This document shows, in pieces, positions 61,295 to 64,000 of a stretch of 64,000 bases of DNA (within the stretch, counting starts at the first letter, position 1; every line of letters begins with the position of its first letter). The notes under the pieces are model-generated. The model searched no databases and was not told where the DNA came from. It saw nothing but the letters and a program-made list of their open reading frames with translations. The DNA lies in NCBI GenBank assembly GCA_964016885.1, contig OZ024740.1, positions 145,824,001 to 145,888,000 of the forward strand. The letters run 5' to 3'. Both the position numbers and the translations under genes were made by a program. The stretch comes from Eledone cirrhosa (lineage: Eukaryota).

Positions 61295-62034
61295 ATGAGC
61301 GGAGAAGCGATTAGAGCATTTATCGATGAAGGCGATGTTGTCGCCTGGTTGCGAAAAGTCAGGCTGGTCGCAAGCTTATAGAAGACGTGGCTGGCCTCAT
61401 GGCACTGTACCTCGAAGGGGATGCGTTGGCACTCTTCCTAGAGATGGATGAACACAGCCAAAGGGATGCGCAAAAGATTGAGAGGCGTATAATAGAAGCG
61501 TTCGCGGAAGGACGGTTAGCCGCTTTTGCTAAGCTGGCAAGGATTAGATGGAACGGTGAACGCGTTGACATTTTCGCAGCGGAAATACGGCGATTGGCCA
61601 TGTTGGCTGGATATCAGGTGGAATGCGAACGCACGGTACGGTTGGCGTTCATAAATGGATTTCCAGACGACATAGCGGTGAAACTGCAGCAAGTCCCGAG
61701 TTACAAATAAATGGAGATTTGTTCACTGGTGGAGCAAGCCCGCATCATAGCAGAAGATGCCAAGAAGAGTGTCGCGACGACAACAATGACAGAGGCCCAA
61801 GGCAGCCGGCAGCGAAATGGTGAAAGGGAGGCAACCACGGCACGCGGTCGCCTGCGAACGTTTAGAGGTCGTTGTTTTAAGTGCCAGGGCCCGCACATGG
61901 CGAGAGACTGTAGAGAGTCAAGGCGGGACAAAATATGCTACCGGTGTAAGCGACCAGGCCGCATCGCTACTAGCTGCGACCAGGGAAACGATCCAAGGGG
62001 AACTGCTGCGCCGGTAGCTGCCCCTTACGAGTAG
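61295..62034 (+). pseudogene. Gypsy gag (frameshift, stop at 61708)
   Basis: Zinc knuckles CFKCQGPHMARDC and CYRCKRPGRIATSC. Confidence 0.85.
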
Positions 62035-64000
62035 AGGCGCTGCCCGTGGTGAAAGTCTTCGTGAGGGGAAAGCCACAGCGAGCCCTCGTGGACACGGGCT
62101 GCATGACGACGCTGGTGACCGCGGGGGTGGCACAGAGGTGGAGAGGGAAGAGCAGCGTAAGGGCAGTCGACGGTAGGAAAATTGAATGCCGAGATCGCAG
62201 CGAGGTGGAGATGGCGGTACAGGGAAAGAAAATAAGGCTTTCTGCCATCGTAGTCGACAACGTGGTGGATGGGATCGGCGTAGTTATGGGCATGGACGCA
62301 AATGGCCGTCTAGGAGGCGTCACAGTGAACAATGTCGGTGTCTCGTTTGGCGGCGCCGCATCGGTATGCGCTGTGAGTACGCGACAGGAGAACCAGAAGG
62401 CCCACGAGGAGAAATACCCCGCTTACACTGTACAGGACAAAGACGTCAAGGCCGTGTTCGATGGGCAACGATGGATTGTTGAGTGGTACTGGAAGGGAGA
62501 ACCACCAACACTGAAGACCAAAGTGGGCTGCTATCAACACACATTGAAGGGAGACATTAAGAGCGAGTTCGAGCGAGAGGTAGAGAGATTGATTGAAGAG
62601 GGCATACTGCTTCCCTGGAAAGAGGAGGTGAAGTGTGGAGTATTGCCGTTAATGGCGGTGGCGCAACCCACGAAAAACAAGGTGAGGCCGGTACTGGACT
62701 TTCGGGAGCTGAACGAGCACGTGTCATGCCACACGGGTGGCGAGGTTACGGATGTCTGTGGGGAAACCCTGCGTGAGTGGAGACACATGACAGGGGCTTC
62801 CGCAATCGTCGATCTAAAGTCGGCATACTGACAATTACACATAGATCAGAAGCTCTGGCAGTCTCAGCTGGTCAGGTATAAGGGCCGGACATATTGCCTG
62901 ACCAGGCTCGGTTTCGGGCTGAGCTCTGCACCGAAGATCATGGCGGCGGTCCTCAAGACCATTCTGGGAAAGGCCGACAAGATGAAGAGGGCCACTAATT
63001 CCTACATTGACGACATCCTAGTGGACGAGTCTGTAGTGTCGGCGGCGTAGGTCACGAGCCATTTACAGGGGTATAGACTGGCTGCGAAGCCGTCAGAAGC
63101 GTTGGAGCCGCGCTGGGACTTAGGCTACGGCGAGACAGGACGGGCGTTAGTATTCCAGAGGGGAAATGAAGTTCCAGAACTGGGCCCAAGTATGAGTAGG
63201 CGGGAGCTTTTCTCGGCGTATGGAAAGTTGGTGGGTCACTACCCGATTGCTGGGTGGCTCGGGACGGCATGCAGCTATGTCAAGAAACGAGCGGGCAGGA
63301 TGACTTGGAGTGACAGAGTGGGAGAGAGGACGGTGGCCATGATGCAGGGGATCGTGGAGAGGGTGAAGGTCGACGACCCAGTGCGGGGACGCTGGTATGT
63401 TCCCAAATCGCAGAGCGGGACCGTATGGTGCGATGCCAGCAGCATAGCGCTAGGTGTCACGTTGGAGATCAAGGATGCAGCCTGGCTTAGGAAGAAGGAT
63501 GACTGCAACCACATCAATGTGGCCGAACTGGACGCAGTGTTGAGAGGGGTGAACCTCGCCCTGAAGTGGGGCCTGCGCACCATCGAGATTCGCACCGACT
63601 CGGCTACTGTACTCGGATGGGTGAGATCAGTGCTCACCAGTGAGAAGAGAGTGCGAACGAGAGAGGCGGCGGAGATGCTGATAAAGCGCCGCCTGGGAAC
63701 TTTAGGAGAGCTGGCCATCGAGTTCGACCTGAGGCTGAGCGTAGTTTTCGTGCCCTCAGAGAAAAATAGGGCGGACGTTTTAACCAGGGTGAAGAAGCCT
63801 GGATGGAAACGCCGGATGATGTAGAAGAGGAGATAGCTGCCATGTGTCGGCTGACCGAGTCGGATCTGGAAGGGTTGCATGACATGCACCACATGGGAGT
63901 GGATAGGACTCTGTTCCTAGCCAGGAGAATCGACTCGGACGTTAGCAGACATAGTATTCAAAGAGTGGTTAGAGGCTGCATCCGATGTCAGTCCATTGAT
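61983..64000 (+). pseudogene. Gypsy pol (PR, RT, RNase H, start of integrase) with stops and frameshifts
   Basis: ALVDTGC, RPVLDFRELN, DLKSAY, YIDD near 63003, WCDASS, TDS, NRAD, HDMHHMG..CIRC. Confidence 0.9.

Larger units (their letters stand above)
60860..64000 (+). mobile_element. Degenerate Gypsy LTR retrotransposon, cut off by the window edge; LTR start uncertain
   Basis: PBS TGGCGACGAG at 61278; domain order gag-PR-RT-RH-IN. Confidence 0.92.

Overview
Eukaryotic, AT-rich, repeat-dense DNA. The repeat families and (TA)n abundance suggest a coleoid cephalopod such as Octopus (inference). Two host genes lie tail-to-tail: the last 10 coding exons of VPS18 (+, 359..9536) and a complete 10-exon SERGEF/DelGEF RCC1-repeat gene (-, 28093..10234, 383 aa). 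Both were reconstructed by hand with consistent splice phases. The rest is mobile DNA: RTE-type LINE and SINE fragments, microsatellite-associated Tx1/L1-type LINEs, non-autonomous Helitrons, hAT/piggyBac/foldback MITEs, an LTR remnant, a degenerate Gypsy element with a -1 frameshift signal, and a near-intact Penelope-like element (PLE; RT plus C-terminal GIY-YIG) with pseudo-LTRs. The most striking feature is a set of short, non-coding, mutually dissimilar elements, each wedged between (TA)n tracts. Most carry a minimal type-I hammerhead ribozyme (HHR) with a palindromic stem III, either as a direct-repeat retrozyme-like unit (21571..22252) or as long head-to-head hairpins with HHRs on both strands (29751..30092, 30123..30470, 45883..46540). 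Two families, including the autonomous PLE, have the compensatory U3-A8 catalytic core. An unexplained SGNH-esterase-like ORF and an orphan 119-aa ORF lie at 58.6-59.7 kb.
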